Origin: Minisyncoccota bacterium
GTDB lineage: Bacteria; Patescibacteriota; Minisyncoccia; Phycocordibacterales; Phycocordibacteraceae
NCBI GenBank assembly: GCA_018062765.1
Contig: JAGORR010000001.1
Location: 150,506 to 214,505, forward strand
Length of the DNA stretch: 64,000 bases
Direction of reading: 5' to 3'
The translations under genes and the position numbers were made by a program. Under the pieces are notes generated by a model. It was not told where the DNA came from, made no database searches, and saw only the letters and a program-made list of their open reading frames with translations. This document shows positions 37,086 through 46,219 of this stretch, one piece after another; position 1 is the first letter of the stretch; the number at the start of each line of letters is the position of its first letter.

Positions 37086-37639
37086 TGTCCCGGCTCGTAC
37101 CATTCGCGCTCATACTTATCGCCATCGGTTTGTTCTTCGGCTATGTGAAGCCGACGTGGCAGGGACCTATACGCATTCTTGAGGAAGACATCGCAACCTT
37201 CGACCGAACGCTCGAGGCGGCAGAGGATTTCCAGAAGAAGCTCTCGGAACTCGATGCACAGAGCAAACAGATTCCTCAGCAGAGCCTCGACCGTCTAGGA
37301 GTGTTTCTTCCTAACGGAGCGGACAACATTAGCCTGATTCTTGACCTCACGGAGCTTGCAGAGCGCACGAACATGGAGATAACTACGTTCGACACGCCAG
37401 AGCCTGCCGCAAAGGGAGATTCAAGCGATACGGACCTTGGATCAAGTTCCACGTACGAGTCTCTGGAGATGACGCTGACGGCGCAAGGCACCTACACGGA
37501 TTTCCGTGTCTTCCTTGACGCCGTGGAGCGTAGTCTCCGGCCGCTTGATGTGGTTGGTATCACGGTCGCGAATTCGGAGACCGGCGTCTATGAATACCAG
37601 ATAGTAGTACGGTTTTACTGGCTCGCTCAAGCATCATGA
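37082..37639 (+). CDS. pilO: type IV pilus assembly protein PilO-like
   Basis: N-terminal TM, coiled coil; operon position after pilN; overlapping stop/start. Confidence 0.62.
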   Translation: MMSRLVPFALILIAIGLFFGYVKPTWQGPIRILEEDIATFDRTLEAAEDFQKKLSELDAQSKQIPQQSLDRLGVFLPNGADNISLILDLTELAERTNMEITTFDTPEPAAKGDSSDTDLGSSSTYESLEMTLTAQGTYTDFRVFLDAVERSLRPLDVVGITVANSETGVYEYQIVVRFYWLAQAS

Positions 37640-37932
37640 ACTTCCTCGCAAAGAACAACGCGCTCACTATAGGTCTCGTCGCAATCGTACTCCTTGGCGT
37701 AGGGTATCTTGTATTCTTTGCAAACTCAGAGGCTGAGGTACCAGACACGACGTCAGGGGCCAAGACTACACCTACCGAATTCCGCTTCATCGCACTCGAG
37801 GCTCAGCTTTCTGCGATAAAACTCGATACGGCAATTCTTTCCGACAAGCGATTCCTCGAACTTGTTTCGTTGGAGACACCAATAGATCCCGAAGACAAGG
37901 GACGTGAGGATCCGTTCGCGCCGCTTCCGTAG
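37636..37932 (+). CDS. small single-TM pilus-associated protein (possibly PilP-like)
   Basis: 98 aa; translationally coupled between pilO and pilB. Confidence 0.42.
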   Translation: MNFLAKNNALTIGLVAIVLLGVGYLVFFANSEAEVPDTTSGAKTTPTEFRFIALEAQLSAIKLDTAILSDKRFLELVSLETPIDPEDKGREDPFAPLP

Positions 37933-38015
37933 CAAATCAATTCTTATCCGCACCATAGCGCCGCCGAGAAGCGGCGCGCGGTGTATCATTACTCGTGTAT
38001 GCGTCGCCGCTTGGC

Positions 38016-39776
38016 ATGAAAGTACTCTCGATACTCGCTGACAAGGGTCTTATAAAGGCGGACGATGTTCCTGCGATAACCAGGGAGCTCCGCGAAAAGG
38101 GCGCGACTCTCGAGTTTGTGCTCGAGAAGCGTAGTGTTGACGCCGAGTCGCTCTTGAAAGCACGCGCAGAGGAGTATGGATTACCCGCGCGTACCCTAGC
38201 TGCGGAGAATCCGGTCTCGGATGCGGCGCTTCATTTCATACCGGAGGATTCCGCACGTCATTACGGCTTTATTCCGCTTTCTACCGAGGAGGGCGTGCTT
38301 GAGATTGGCATCCGTAATCCGGACAACATCGAGGCCTTGGATGCGCTGCAGTTCATCTCGACCAGGGTGGGAATGCCTTACAAGCTTTTCCTGGTGAGTG
38401 AAGGTGACTTCAAGCGGGTGATGGATCAGTACCAGAACCTCTCCGGAGAAGTCGATGAGGCTCTTACCGAGTTCGAGGGCACGGTTAAGGAGGAGGAGGC
38501 AGAGATGCAGAAGGCCTCGGGGAAGTCCGGAGGGAAGGGTACTGAGACGACAGACATCAAGGCTGATGCACCGGTGACCAAGATAGTCGCGACCATTCTG
38601 CGGTACGCGGTCGAAGGAGGTGCTTCTGACATCCACGTCGAACCGTCGGCCGAGAAGACTCGTGTCAGGTTCCGTATGGACGGAGACCTGCATACCTCGC
38701 TTGAGTTGCCGGGTAAGGTGCACCCTGCGGTGGTTGCACGTATCAAGATTCTTTCGCAACTCCGGCTCGACGAAAAGCGTAAGCCGCAGGACGGCCGCTT
38801 TACGGCAACCGTGGAAGGTCGTCGCATCGACTTCCGTATCTCCACATTCCCCACGGAGTACGGAGAGAAGGTGGTGATGCGTATTCTCGACCGTGCGAAA
38901 TCCTCGACGACCCTTGAGAGCGTCGGATTCTCAAAGGACCAACTCTCGACCGTTCGAGAACTCCTTCAAGTGCCTTACGGCATCGTGCTTATTTCAGGAC
39001 CGACCGGATCCGGTAAATCGACGACGCTCTTTGGCATGCTTTCGGAGCTCGACCGCGAGCGCTTCAATGTCGTTTCTGTGGAGGATCCGGTCGAGTATGA
39101 GATACAGGGCGTCGCTCAGTCACAGGTGCATCCTGAAATCGGTTATACGTTCGCCTCAGGTCTGCGCTCCATTCTCCGCCAGGACCCGGACATCATCATG
39201 GTGGGAGAGATCCGCGATAAGGAGACCGCGCAGCTTGCTATTCAGGCCGCGCTCACTGGTCACTTGGTATTTTCCACCATCCACACCAACACGGCTGTGG
39301 GTGCTATACCTCGTCTGGTCGACATGGGTGTCGACCCGTACCTCATCGCTCCTACGCTGATTGCCGTTATCGGGCAGCGGCTCGTTAGAAGGCTCTGTCC
39401 TGGCGCAGGGGTTGAGATTCCGGTTACCGAGAGCATCAAGGGCTTACTCGAGAAGCAATTCTCTGATCTATCACCGGAGGCGAGAGCAAAGATACCTGCG
39501 TTCGAGCACCTCTATAAGCCGGGTACTGCGCCCGATTGCCCGAACGGAACGCGCGGGCGCATTGGCGTATTCGAGATACTACGAATGACAAAGGAGCTCG
39601 AACATATCGTACTTACGAACCCGGTAGAGGAGCAGATTTACCCCGCAGCGCGCAAGGAAGGCATGCTCAGTATGCGCGAAGACGCCATAGTGAAGGCGTT
39701 AGACGGCATCATCCCGTTCTCGGAGGTGAACACACTTGGGGGACAACTGTTTGCGGATGAGGACGAAGCGCCGTAG
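38016..39776 (+). CDS. pilB: type IV pilus assembly ATPase PilB (GspE family)
   Basis: Walker A GPTGSGKSTT; Asp box; His box; zinc tetracysteine absent; N-terminal GSPII-like domains. Confidence 0.9.
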   Translation: MKVLSILADKGLIKADDVPAITRELREKGATLEFVLEKRSVDAESLLKARAEEYGLPARTLAAENPVSDAALHFIPEDSARHYGFIPLSTEEGVLEIGIRNPDNIEALDALQFISTRVGMPYKLFLVSEGDFKRVMDQYQNLSGEVDEALTEFEGTVKEEEAEMQKASGKSGGKGTETTDIKADAPVTKIVATILRYAVEGGASDIHVEPSAEKTRVRFRMDGDLHTSLELPGKVHPAVVARIKILSQLRLDEKRKPQDGRFTATVEGRRIDFRISTFPTEYGEKVVMRILDRAKSSTTLESVGFSKDQLSTVRELLQVPYGIVLISGPTGSGKSTTLFGMLSELDRERFNVVSVEDPVEYEIQGVAQSQVHPEIGYTFASGLRSILRQDPDIIMVGEIRDKETAQLAIQAALTGHLVFSTIHTNTAVGAIPRLVDMGVDPYLIAPTLIAVIGQRLVRRLCPGAGVEIPVTESIKGLLEKQFSDLSPEARAKIPAFEHLYKPGTAPDCPNGTRGRIGVFEILRMTKELEHIVLTNPVEEQIYPAARKEGMLSMREDAIVKALDGIIPFSEVNTLGGQLFADEDEAP

Positions 39777-39786
39777 CATACAGCGT

Positions 39787-40182
39787 ATGGATACTAAGTA
39801 TCGGATATACCTCACCGACGACGATCACTTCCTTCTCGATATGTACTCGGTCAAGTTCCGAGCCTCTGGGCACGAGGTCATTGCGTGTAATGGTGGCGAG
39901 GAGCTTATCGCAGCTATCAAGGATAAGGGCGTTCCGGACGCGGTGCTCCTCGACATCGTGATGCCGGGAATGGACGGATTCCAGACCTTGGAAGCCATCA
40001 GGAAGGACAAGCTTCTTCCGGAAACGACGACCGTTATCGTGCTTTCAAATCAGGGACAGGATACTGATATCGAGAAAGCGAAATCACTCGGCGCGAAGGG
40101 GTATATCGTAAAGGCTTCGGCCATCCCGTCCGAGGTACTCACCGAGACACTGAACCTTATCAATAAAAATAAAGCAGCATGA
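39787..40182 (+). CDS. CheY-like response regulator receiver (PilH-like)
   Basis: YLTDDD...LLDIVMPGMDG...K receiver motifs; embedded between pilB and pilT. Confidence 0.8.
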   Translation: MDTKYRIYLTDDDHFLLDMYSVKFRASGHEVIACNGGEELIAAIKDKGVPDAVLLDIVMPGMDGFQTLEAIRKDKLLPETTTVIVLSNQGQDTDIEKAKSLGAKGYIVKASAIPSEVLTETLNLINKNKAA

Positions 40183-41237
40183 GCGCAAACCGCCTAGGAA
40201 CCCTTCTCGATACGGTCGTGAAGGAAGGAGGTTCCGACCTCCATCTTTCTGTAGGAAAGCCTCCCGTTATTCGTGTTTCTGGTGCGCTCGTACCTTTGTT
40301 GCGTGAGAGCCCGATGACCGGGGAGGAGACGCACGCCATTTTAAAATCCATAACACCCGCCACTCGCTGGCCAGTGTTCGAACAGGTTCAGGCCATAGAC
40401 TTCTCGCACCAGCACACCGACGGCTCGCGCTTTCGCGTAAACGGCTACACCGTGCAGGGCACGGTAGCTATCGCGATGCGGCTCATTCCTCGCGAGATAC
40501 GCACGTTTAAGGATCTCAACCTGCCGCCCATACTCGAGGTGTTTTCTCAGCGCCAGCAAGGCTTCTTCCTCCTGGTGGGGCCGGTTGGTCAGGGAAAATC
40601 GACGACGATGGCAGCCATCATCGATCGTATCAATGAGACCCGAGCCGAGCACATCGTCACGATTGAAGACCCGGTCGAGTATCTCTATACCGAGAAGAAA
40701 TCGATGATCCACCAGCGCGAGGTGTTCATCGATGCGCCTGATTTCCCGCAGGCCTTGAAGTCCGCGTTCCGTGAGGACGTGAACGTCATCATGGTGGGCG
40801 AGATGCGCGACCAGGAGACTATCTCGAGCGCGGTTACTGCGGCAGAGACCGGCCACCTCGTGCTCTCGACCCTGCACACTAATAACGCGTCGCAGACCAT
40901 CGACCGTATCATCGATATCTTCCCACCTAATCAGCAAGGACAGGTGCGCGTGCAGCTAGCAGGTTCCTTGCTCGGTATCTTCTCGCAACGGCTCGTGCCG
41001 CGCATTGCCGGAGGTCTCATTCCGGCGTACGAGCTTCTCATTAACAACTCCGCCGTAGCGAACCTTATTCGTGAGGGTCGCACGCACGAGATATCCACAG
41101 TTATACAGACGAGCTCTCAGGACGGCATGATCGACATGGACCGCTCGCTTGCGGAGCTGGTGCGTCGTGGGGAAGTGACCATTGAACATGCGTATGAGCG
41201 GGCGACCGATCAGAAGTCCTTCGAACGCTACTTGTAG
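40179..41237 (+). CDS. pilT: twitching-motility / pilus retraction ATPase PilT
   Basis: GPVGQGKSTT Walker A; AIRNLIREG-like motif AVANLIREGRTHE. Confidence 0.9.
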   Translation: MSANRLGTLLDTVVKEGGSDLHLSVGKPPVIRVSGALVPLLRESPMTGEETHAILKSITPATRWPVFEQVQAIDFSHQHTDGSRFRVNGYTVQGTVAIAMRLIPREIRTFKDLNLPPILEVFSQRQQGFFLLVGPVGQGKSTTMAAIIDRINETRAEHIVTIEDPVEYLYTEKKSMIHQREVFIDAPDFPQALKSAFREDVNVIMVGEMRDQETISSAVTAAETGHLVLSTLHTNNASQTIDRIIDIFPPNQQGQVRVQLAGSLLGIFSQRLVPRIAGGLIPAYELLINNSAVANLIREGRTHEISTVIQTSSQDGMIDMDRSLAELVRRGEVTIEHAYERATDQKSFERYL

Positions 41238-41404
41238 GCCGTAGAAAATCGCGATCTGCGGTGTTGCCGCTACGTCTCAGAGTCTCACTGTATACCGTAT
41301 ACGGTTCGACTCTTCGCCTTGCGGCGCCCGTGAGCTCATCGGTTTTCTCCAGCCCTCGTCCTCGGGGCGGGTGCGATATACACCTCCCTGGCTTTCTTTC
41401 CTTT

Positions 41405-41434
41405 CTAAAAGCTATAAGCTAATAGCTAACAGCT
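41405..41434 (+). repeat. AGCTNNN heptad array (4 units) abutting the pilC start codon
   Basis: CTAAAAGCTATAAGCTAATAGCTAACAGCT-ATG. Confidence 0.6.
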
Positions 41435-42643
41435 ATGTTATTTTTCTACCGCGCTCTTGATCAGGACGGCCACGAACGGGAGGGAACCGTCGAGGCGCTC
41501 TCGATGGATGTCGCCGTTACGACGCTGCAGCGGCGTAATCTCATCGTCTCCTCAATAACGCCTGCGGAGACTAAGGGCGTCCTCCAGATGGAAGTGCCGT
41601 TCATCAATTCGGTTTCCAACAAGGATGTTGTCATCCTCTCGCGTCAGATTGCGACCTTGTTCGAGGCGCAGGTCTCTGCGCTCCGCATTTTCCGCCTTTT
41701 GGCGAGCGAGGTAGATAACGCGAAGCTTTCTGAGATACTCACCAAGGTCGCCGATGACCTTCAGGGAGGAAGCCCAATCTCCAAGGCGCTCTCGAAGCAT
41801 CCGAAGGTGTTCACTGCGTTCTACGTCAACATGGTGCGCGCCGGAGAGGAGGCAGGAAAGCTCTCCGAGACCTTCGGATACCTGGCTGACTACCTTGATC
41901 GTACGTACGAGGTGATGAGTAAGGCTCAGAACGCCCTTATCTATCCGGCGTTCGTCATATTCACATTCGTTGTCGTGATGGGTCTCATGCTCACGATGGT
42001 CATCCCGAACATCTCGAAGATCATCATCGAATCGGGCCAGCCTATCCCTATCTACACGCAGATAGTCATCGGCCTATCTGAATTCGTCGTCAATTTCGGC
42101 ATATTGATACTCATCGCTCTCTTGGTAGGCGCCTTCTTCGCATGGCGTTCGTCACAGACCGCGTCCGGCCGGTTCTTCTTCGATAACCTGAAATTGAACG
42201 TGCCGTACGTGGGAGAGCTTTATAAGAAGCTCTACCTATCACGTATTTCGGACAACTTCTCGACAATGCTTATCTCAGGCGTCGCAGTGGTCGAAGCGAT
42301 AGAGATTACGGGTGCTGTCGTCGGAAGCTCGGTGTACGAGGGAATCCTGAAGCGCGTCGCTGACGACGTGAAGGGCGGGCTCTCTATCTCGGAAGCGCTT
42401 GGCCGCCACAAGGAGGTACCGGGCATCATGGTCGCCATGATCAAGGTGGGTGAGGAGACGGGAGAGTTAGGTTCCATCCTCAATACGCTCGCGAAGTTCT
42501 ATCGACGCGAGGTCTCGAACGCGGTTGATACCCTGGTCGACCTTATCGAGCCGTTGATGATTGTTTTCTTGGGTCTTGGTGTTGGAGTCCTTCTTGCTGC
42601 GGTGCTTATCCCTATCTACAACCTCGCCGGTTCTATAGGCTAA
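41435..42643 (+). CDS. pilC: type IV pilus platform protein PilC (GspF family)
   Basis: two GspF repeats, polytopic; 402 aa. Confidence 0.9.
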   Translation: MLFFYRALDQDGHEREGTVEALSMDVAVTTLQRRNLIVSSITPAETKGVLQMEVPFINSVSNKDVVILSRQIATLFEAQVSALRIFRLLASEVDNAKLSEILTKVADDLQGGSPISKALSKHPKVFTAFYVNMVRAGEEAGKLSETFGYLADYLDRTYEVMSKAQNALIYPAFVIFTFVVVMGLMLTMVIPNISKIIIESGQPIPIYTQIVIGLSEFVVNFGILILIALLVGAFFAWRSSQTASGRFFFDNLKLNVPYVGELYKKLYLSRISDNFSTMLISGVAVVEAIEITGAVVGSSVYEGILKRVADDVKGGLSISEALGRHKEVPGIMVAMIKVGEETGELGSILNTLAKFYRREVSNAVDTLVDLIEPLMIVFLGLGVGVLLAAVLIPIYNLAGSIG

Positions 42644-42920
42644 AAGGATTCTAGACACGCACCTGCATTGTTACCGCGGCGACTCAGCATTTCACCGTAT
42701 GCCGATACGGCTCAATGCTTCGTCTTGCGGCGCCTCGCATCTACATGCCTATAACCCTTTTATCGTTGCAGCGACTGATTCTTTTATGCGCGCTCCGGAA
42801 AAATTCAAAGGTACGAATTCATCACTTGTCCACACGGGGGACAAGCGCGTGTCTAATCCGGCGTACAATGATAGGCAAGCGGAGATTATCCGTCCCATAC
42901 CAATTATCTAAACCTTTATC

Positions 42921-43436
42921 ATGATTCGCGCATCTCTCGGCCACGTCAAAGGACACCTTAAGGGGCACCTCAAAGGATTCACCCTCATCGAGCTCCTCGT
43001 CGTGATCGCTATTATCGGTATTCTCTCGTCAGTCGTGCTCGCATCTCTCTCAACTGCGCGCTCCAAGGGTCAGGATGCGAAGGTTCAGGAACAGATGCAG
43101 GCGATGCGCACAGCAGCTGAAATTTACTACAGCAGCAATGCAAACTCGTACGGCACGGCGGGTACGGCATGTTCGGGTGGCATATTCGGTGATCCTGGCT
43201 CTAACATGAATGCGCTCATCGACGAGACTGAGGCAGCTAACGGCACTCCAAGCATGGACTGTGCTAACAGCACCACCGCATGGGCAGTCGCATCAGAGCT
43301 TCCTTCTGGCGGATCGTGGTTCTGTGTCGACTCGACCGGTTGGGCTGGTTCAAAAGCTAAGGACGGTTCTGCAGTTACGGCACTTACTGGAGCTGCGGGT
43401 GCAAAGGCATCTGCAAACGCTACAGTCTGCCGCTAG
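42921..43436 (+). CDS. type IV pilin (prepilin with 19-aa leader MIRASLGHVKGHLKGHLKG|FTLIELLVV)
   Basis: class III signal G|FTLIE + hydrophobic helix; C-terminal Cys pair. Confidence 0.82.
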   Translation: MIRASLGHVKGHLKGHLKGFTLIELLVVIAIIGILSSVVLASLSTARSKGQDAKVQEQMQAMRTAAEIYYSSNANSYGTAGTACSGGIFGDPGSNMNALIDETEAANGTPSMDCANSTTAWAVASELPSGGSWFCVDSTGWAGSKAKDGSAVTALTGAAGAKASANATVCR

Positions 43437-43453
43437 CACTTACTCCGGAGTAG

Positions 43454-43492
43454 CAAACATCCCCAGCCAGAAGGCTGGGGATGTTTGCTTTT
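43454..43492 (+). terminator. 15-bp stem hairpin CAAACATCCCCAGCC-AGAA-GGCTGGGGATGTTTG + CTTTT
   Basis: classic intrinsic terminator after pilin 1. Confidence 0.75.
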
Positions 43493-43509
43493 AGGGGTAC
43501 ACTGGAAGC

Positions 43510-44073
43510 ATGGACAAAGCTGTTAGCTATCAGCTGTTAGCTGTTAGAAGGAAATTCCAAACTGAGCCATATGCATTCTCTAAGCTGTCAGCTAAAAGCT
43601 GTCAGCTAAAAGCTACTCCCGGGTTTACCTTGATCGAACTCCTCGTCGTCATTGCCATAATTGGCATACTTGCGACCGTGGTAGTCGTTTCTATGTCAGC
43701 ATCTAAGGATACGGGGCGGGACGCAGCAGTGAAGTCGAACCTCGGAAGCTTGCAGGTGCAGGCGTCGCTTTACTACAACATCGGTTCAACGTTTGGATCT
43801 GCCACGACAAGCTGTGTGCCTGCATCTGGAAGCGTGTTCAATGACACGACGACGACCGTGGATGACATCACGAAGGCTGCGATTGCGGATGCAACGGAGA
43901 ACGCGAAGGGCAATGTGATGGTCTGTCGCGCAGCGCCAAATGCGTGGGCGGCGGGGGCTCAGCTTTCAAGTGGAAACTACTGGTGCGTGGATTCGAGGGG
44001 TGCCGCGCGTGAGGTTGAAGCGTTTACCACGGCAGATCTGTCCGCTTCGACCCCGCTCTGCCCGTCGTCATAG
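43510..44073 (+). CDS. type IV pilin 2 with a long N-terminal extension before G|FTLIELLVV
   Basis: only in-frame ATG is 43510, giving a 38-aa pre-sequence; the extension is encoded by AGCTNNN heptad arrays; start uncertain. Confidence 0.75.
   Translation: MDKAVSYQLLAVRRKFQTEPYAFSKLSAKSCQLKATPGFTLIELLVVIAIIGILATVVVVSMSASKDTGRDAAVKSNLGSLQVQASLYYNIGSTFGSATTSCVPASGSVFNDTTTTVDDITKAAIADATENAKGNVMVCRAAPNAWAAGAQLSSGNYWCVDSRGAAREVEAFTTADLSASTPLCPSS
43518..43547 (+). repeat. AGCTNNN heptad array (AGCTGTTAGCTATCAGCTGTTAGCTGTTAG)
   Basis: 7-bp periodicity read directly. Confidence 0.6.
43583..43614 (+). repeat. AGCTNNN heptad array (AGCTGTCAGCTAAAAGCTGTCAGCTAAAAGCT)
   Basis: 7-bp periodicity read directly; immediately precedes the ACTCCCGGGTTTACC (T-P-G-F-T) cleavage site. 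Confidence 0.6.
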
Positions 44074-44076
44074 CCT

Positions 44077-44838
44077 GTGGAGGTCGTACTTCCGTTGTTT
44101 TTGTTCGGGCTCGGGGCAACCTTGGCGAGCTTTATGCTCGTCGTTGCCGAGCGCATGCATACGGGCGAATCCTGGCGCGCTGGCCGTTCACGCTGCAACT
44201 CGTGCGCGCACGAACTAGGGCCTCTCGACCTCATACCCGTACTTTCGTGGCTTCTCTCGGGAGGGAAGTGCCGCAGGTGCGGCTCACGCGTACCGGCTGC
44301 CTATCTGGTCGCTGAAGCTCTTCTTGGCTCGTTATTCGTGGTCGCGTACCTGGTAACCGGCCTCTCTATAGCCCTTCCTGTGCTTCTTGCGTGTCTCGCG
44401 CTCCTCCTTGCGCTGGTCGCATATGACCTGCGCCACATGATGCTACCGAGCGGGCTGTCCTGGCCCCTCATTCTCCTGTCACTTCTTTACGCGTACCTCG
44501 TTGCTCCGACGTCCTACGAGCTCGGTGTCGTTCTCCTCACCTCAGGGCTCGTCGCTGCGTTTTTCTTCGCATTCCACGTCGCTTCAGGCGGGCGCGCGAT
44601 GGGTCTCGGTGACGCGCCACTCGGAGCCGCGCTTGCGCTGATTGCGGGCCCCTTGGCATTCTCTGGTGTCATCTACTCCTTTTGGATAGGCGGAGTTATC
44701 GGCATCTTCGTGTTGTTAGCCCGCGCTCCCGGGACTAGAATAGGTATTGAGGTGCCGTTCGCGCCATTTTTGGCCGCTGGCTCCCTTCTCGCTCTCTTCA
44801 CTTCATGGGACATCCTTTACATAATCGGCATAAGCTAG
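44077..44838 (+). CDS. pilD: prepilin peptidase PilD (A24 family)
   Basis: C..C...C..C zinc motif (RCNSCAHEL...GKCRRCGS), catalytic-Asp region GLGDAPLG; GTG start at 44077. Confidence 0.85.
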   Translation: MEVVLPLFLFGLGATLASFMLVVAERMHTGESWRAGRSRCNSCAHELGPLDLIPVLSWLLSGGKCRRCGSRVPAAYLVAEALLGSLFVVAYLVTGLSIALPVLLACLALLLALVAYDLRHMMLPSGLSWPLILLSLLYAYLVAPTSYELGVVLLTSGLVAAFFFAFHVASGGRAMGLGDAPLGAALALIAGPLAFSGVIYSFWIGGVIGIFVLLARAPGTRIGIEVPFAPFLAAGSLLALFTSWDILYIIGIS

Positions 44839-45578
44839 CTACGAGCTATCAGCTACGAGCTATCAGCTTGGGATCTGAATCAGGCTTTTTCCGCAAGCCA
44901 AGAGCTAAAAGCCAACAGCTAAAGGCCGTACCCGGCTTCACCTTAATCGAGATGCTCGTTGTGCTTGCGATTATTGTCATCGTCACTGGCATCGCGATAG
45001 GTGGACATGCGAGTTTCGGACGAACGCTTTCTCTCAATAACGCTGCGTACAGCGTGGCCCTGACTCTCCGCGAGGCACAAACCTATGGCTTTACGAGCCG
45101 CGGCTATACGGGCATACAGAACACGGGGTACGGAGTTTCATTCTCGTCTGCGACGGGCTTCTCGCTGTTTGCGGATACGTATCCTGCAGTCGCAGCCTCA
45201 GCTACGCCGGACCAGCCTCCCGGTAACGGGCGCTATGACGCGGGTGTCGCGCCCTCAGGCTGCCCGGGCGCCGAGTGCGTCACGAATTACACCTTGAATA
45301 ACGGGTACTCCGTCGCAAAGTTCTGCGTGAAGCCGGAATCCGCGACGAGCGATTGGATTTGCAATACGACAAGCACGCTCACCAAGATGGATATCGTCTT
45401 CAAGCGGCCCGAATCAGATGCGCGTATTTCAGGAAGGCTCGGTTCCAGTGATAGCGGTTGGTCGGACGAGTACGTGCGCGCGTGCGTCTCGGTCGCGGGA
45501 AGCTCAGGCGACACGCGTACCGTCTCAATTTCTGAGGCAGGGCAGATCGCCGTATCAAATGGCGTATGTGGATCATGA
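44805..45578 (+). CDS. type IV pilin 3 with a long N-terminal extension before G|FTLIEMLVV
   Basis: in-frame ATG at 44805 lies inside the pilD 3' end; the pre-sequence ...SYQLRAIS...RAKSQQLKAVPG parallels pilin 2; start uncertain. Confidence 0.68.
   Translation: MGHPLHNRHKLATSYQLRAISLGSESGFFRKPRAKSQQLKAVPGFTLIEMLVVLAIIVIVTGIAIGGHASFGRTLSLNNAAYSVALTLREAQTYGFTSRGYTGIQNTGYGVSFSSATGFSLFADTYPAVAASATPDQPPGNGRYDAGVAPSGCPGAECVTNYTLNNGYSVAKFCVKPESATSDWICNTTSTLTKMDIVFKRPESDARISGRLGSSDSGWSDEYVRACVSVAGSSGDTRTVSISEAGQIAVSNGVCGS
44833..44868 (+). repeat. AGCTNNN heptad array (AGCTAGCTACGAGCTATCAGCTACGAGCTATCAGCT)
   Basis: 7-bp periodicity read directly; begins at the pilD stop codon. Confidence 0.6.
44903..44926 (+). 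repeat. degenerate AGCTNNN array (AGCTAAAAGCCAACAGCTAAAGGCC)
   Basis: read directly; encodes the AKSQQLKA leader segment. Confidence 0.5.
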
Positions 45579-46219
45579 GAAACGTAACGAACAGCGAAGG
45601 ACGTAGGGAGCGCAGTGCAGTGCGGGAGAGCAGCTCCGTATTCTGTTCTCTGTCCGCTAAACGCTCTTTCCGCGGCTACACTCTCATCGAGCTCATCGTC
45701 TCAGTCGCTATCTTCGCTATTGTGATGCTCGCAGCGACCGGTGCGTATCTCGCATTCATCAACTACAACCGTCGCGCGACGCAAAACGCGGCACTCATGA
45801 GCTCATTGTCGTTTGCAATTGATTCCATGGCGCGCGATATCCGTACCGGCACCAACTACGCCTGCAGTGCGACTGGCCCTGGAGCCTGCAGCTCATCCGG
45901 CGTCGATCGCTTCTACTTCACGGATGCGGATGGCTGTGAAGTGGACTACCGGTTTACCGGTAGCGCGCTCCTACGGACGACCGACGATACGGTAAATGGT
46001 TGCGAGGCGCGGACGAACGTCCCAATCATCCGCTCTGATGTGACACCGGGTATCACCCTTAATGATGTGACCTTCTACGTACGCGGTACGGTATTGAACG
46101 ACCGTACGCAAGGCTTCGTCACCATCGTAGTGTCCGGCACGACCCTCATCGTTGATACTGGGGAAGAGCTGCCGTTTTCCATAGAAACAAGCGCGACTTC
46201 GCGCATACCTGACTTATGA
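45566..46219 (+). CDS. minor pilin / pseudopilin (prepilin motif RG|YTLIELIVSVAIFAIV)
   Basis: class III signal plus hydrophobic helix; long pre-sequence again. Confidence 0.68.
   Translation: MWIMRNVTNSEGRRERSAVRESSSVFCSLSAKRSFRGYTLIELIVSVAIFAIVMLAATGAYLAFINYNRRATQNAALMSSLSFAIDSMARDIRTGTNYACSATGPGACSSSGVDRFYFTDADGCEVDYRFTGSALLRTTDDTVNGCEARTNVPIIRSDVTPGITLNDVTFYVRGTVLNDRTQGFVTIVVSGTTLIVDTGEELPFSIETSATSRIPDL

Noticed and set aside
38196-38877. Antisense ORFs inside pilB (38196..38759-, 38426..38854-, 38620..38877+)
   Set aside because: They are on the opposite strand or in alternative frames of a gene with clear GspE-family motifs; shadow ORFs
41405-44926. CRISPR array interpretation of the AGCT repeat arrays
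   Set aside because: Repeat unit is 4 nt with 3-nt 'spacers' (7-bp period) and arrays are 24-36 bp; no cas genes are present; not CRISPR-like
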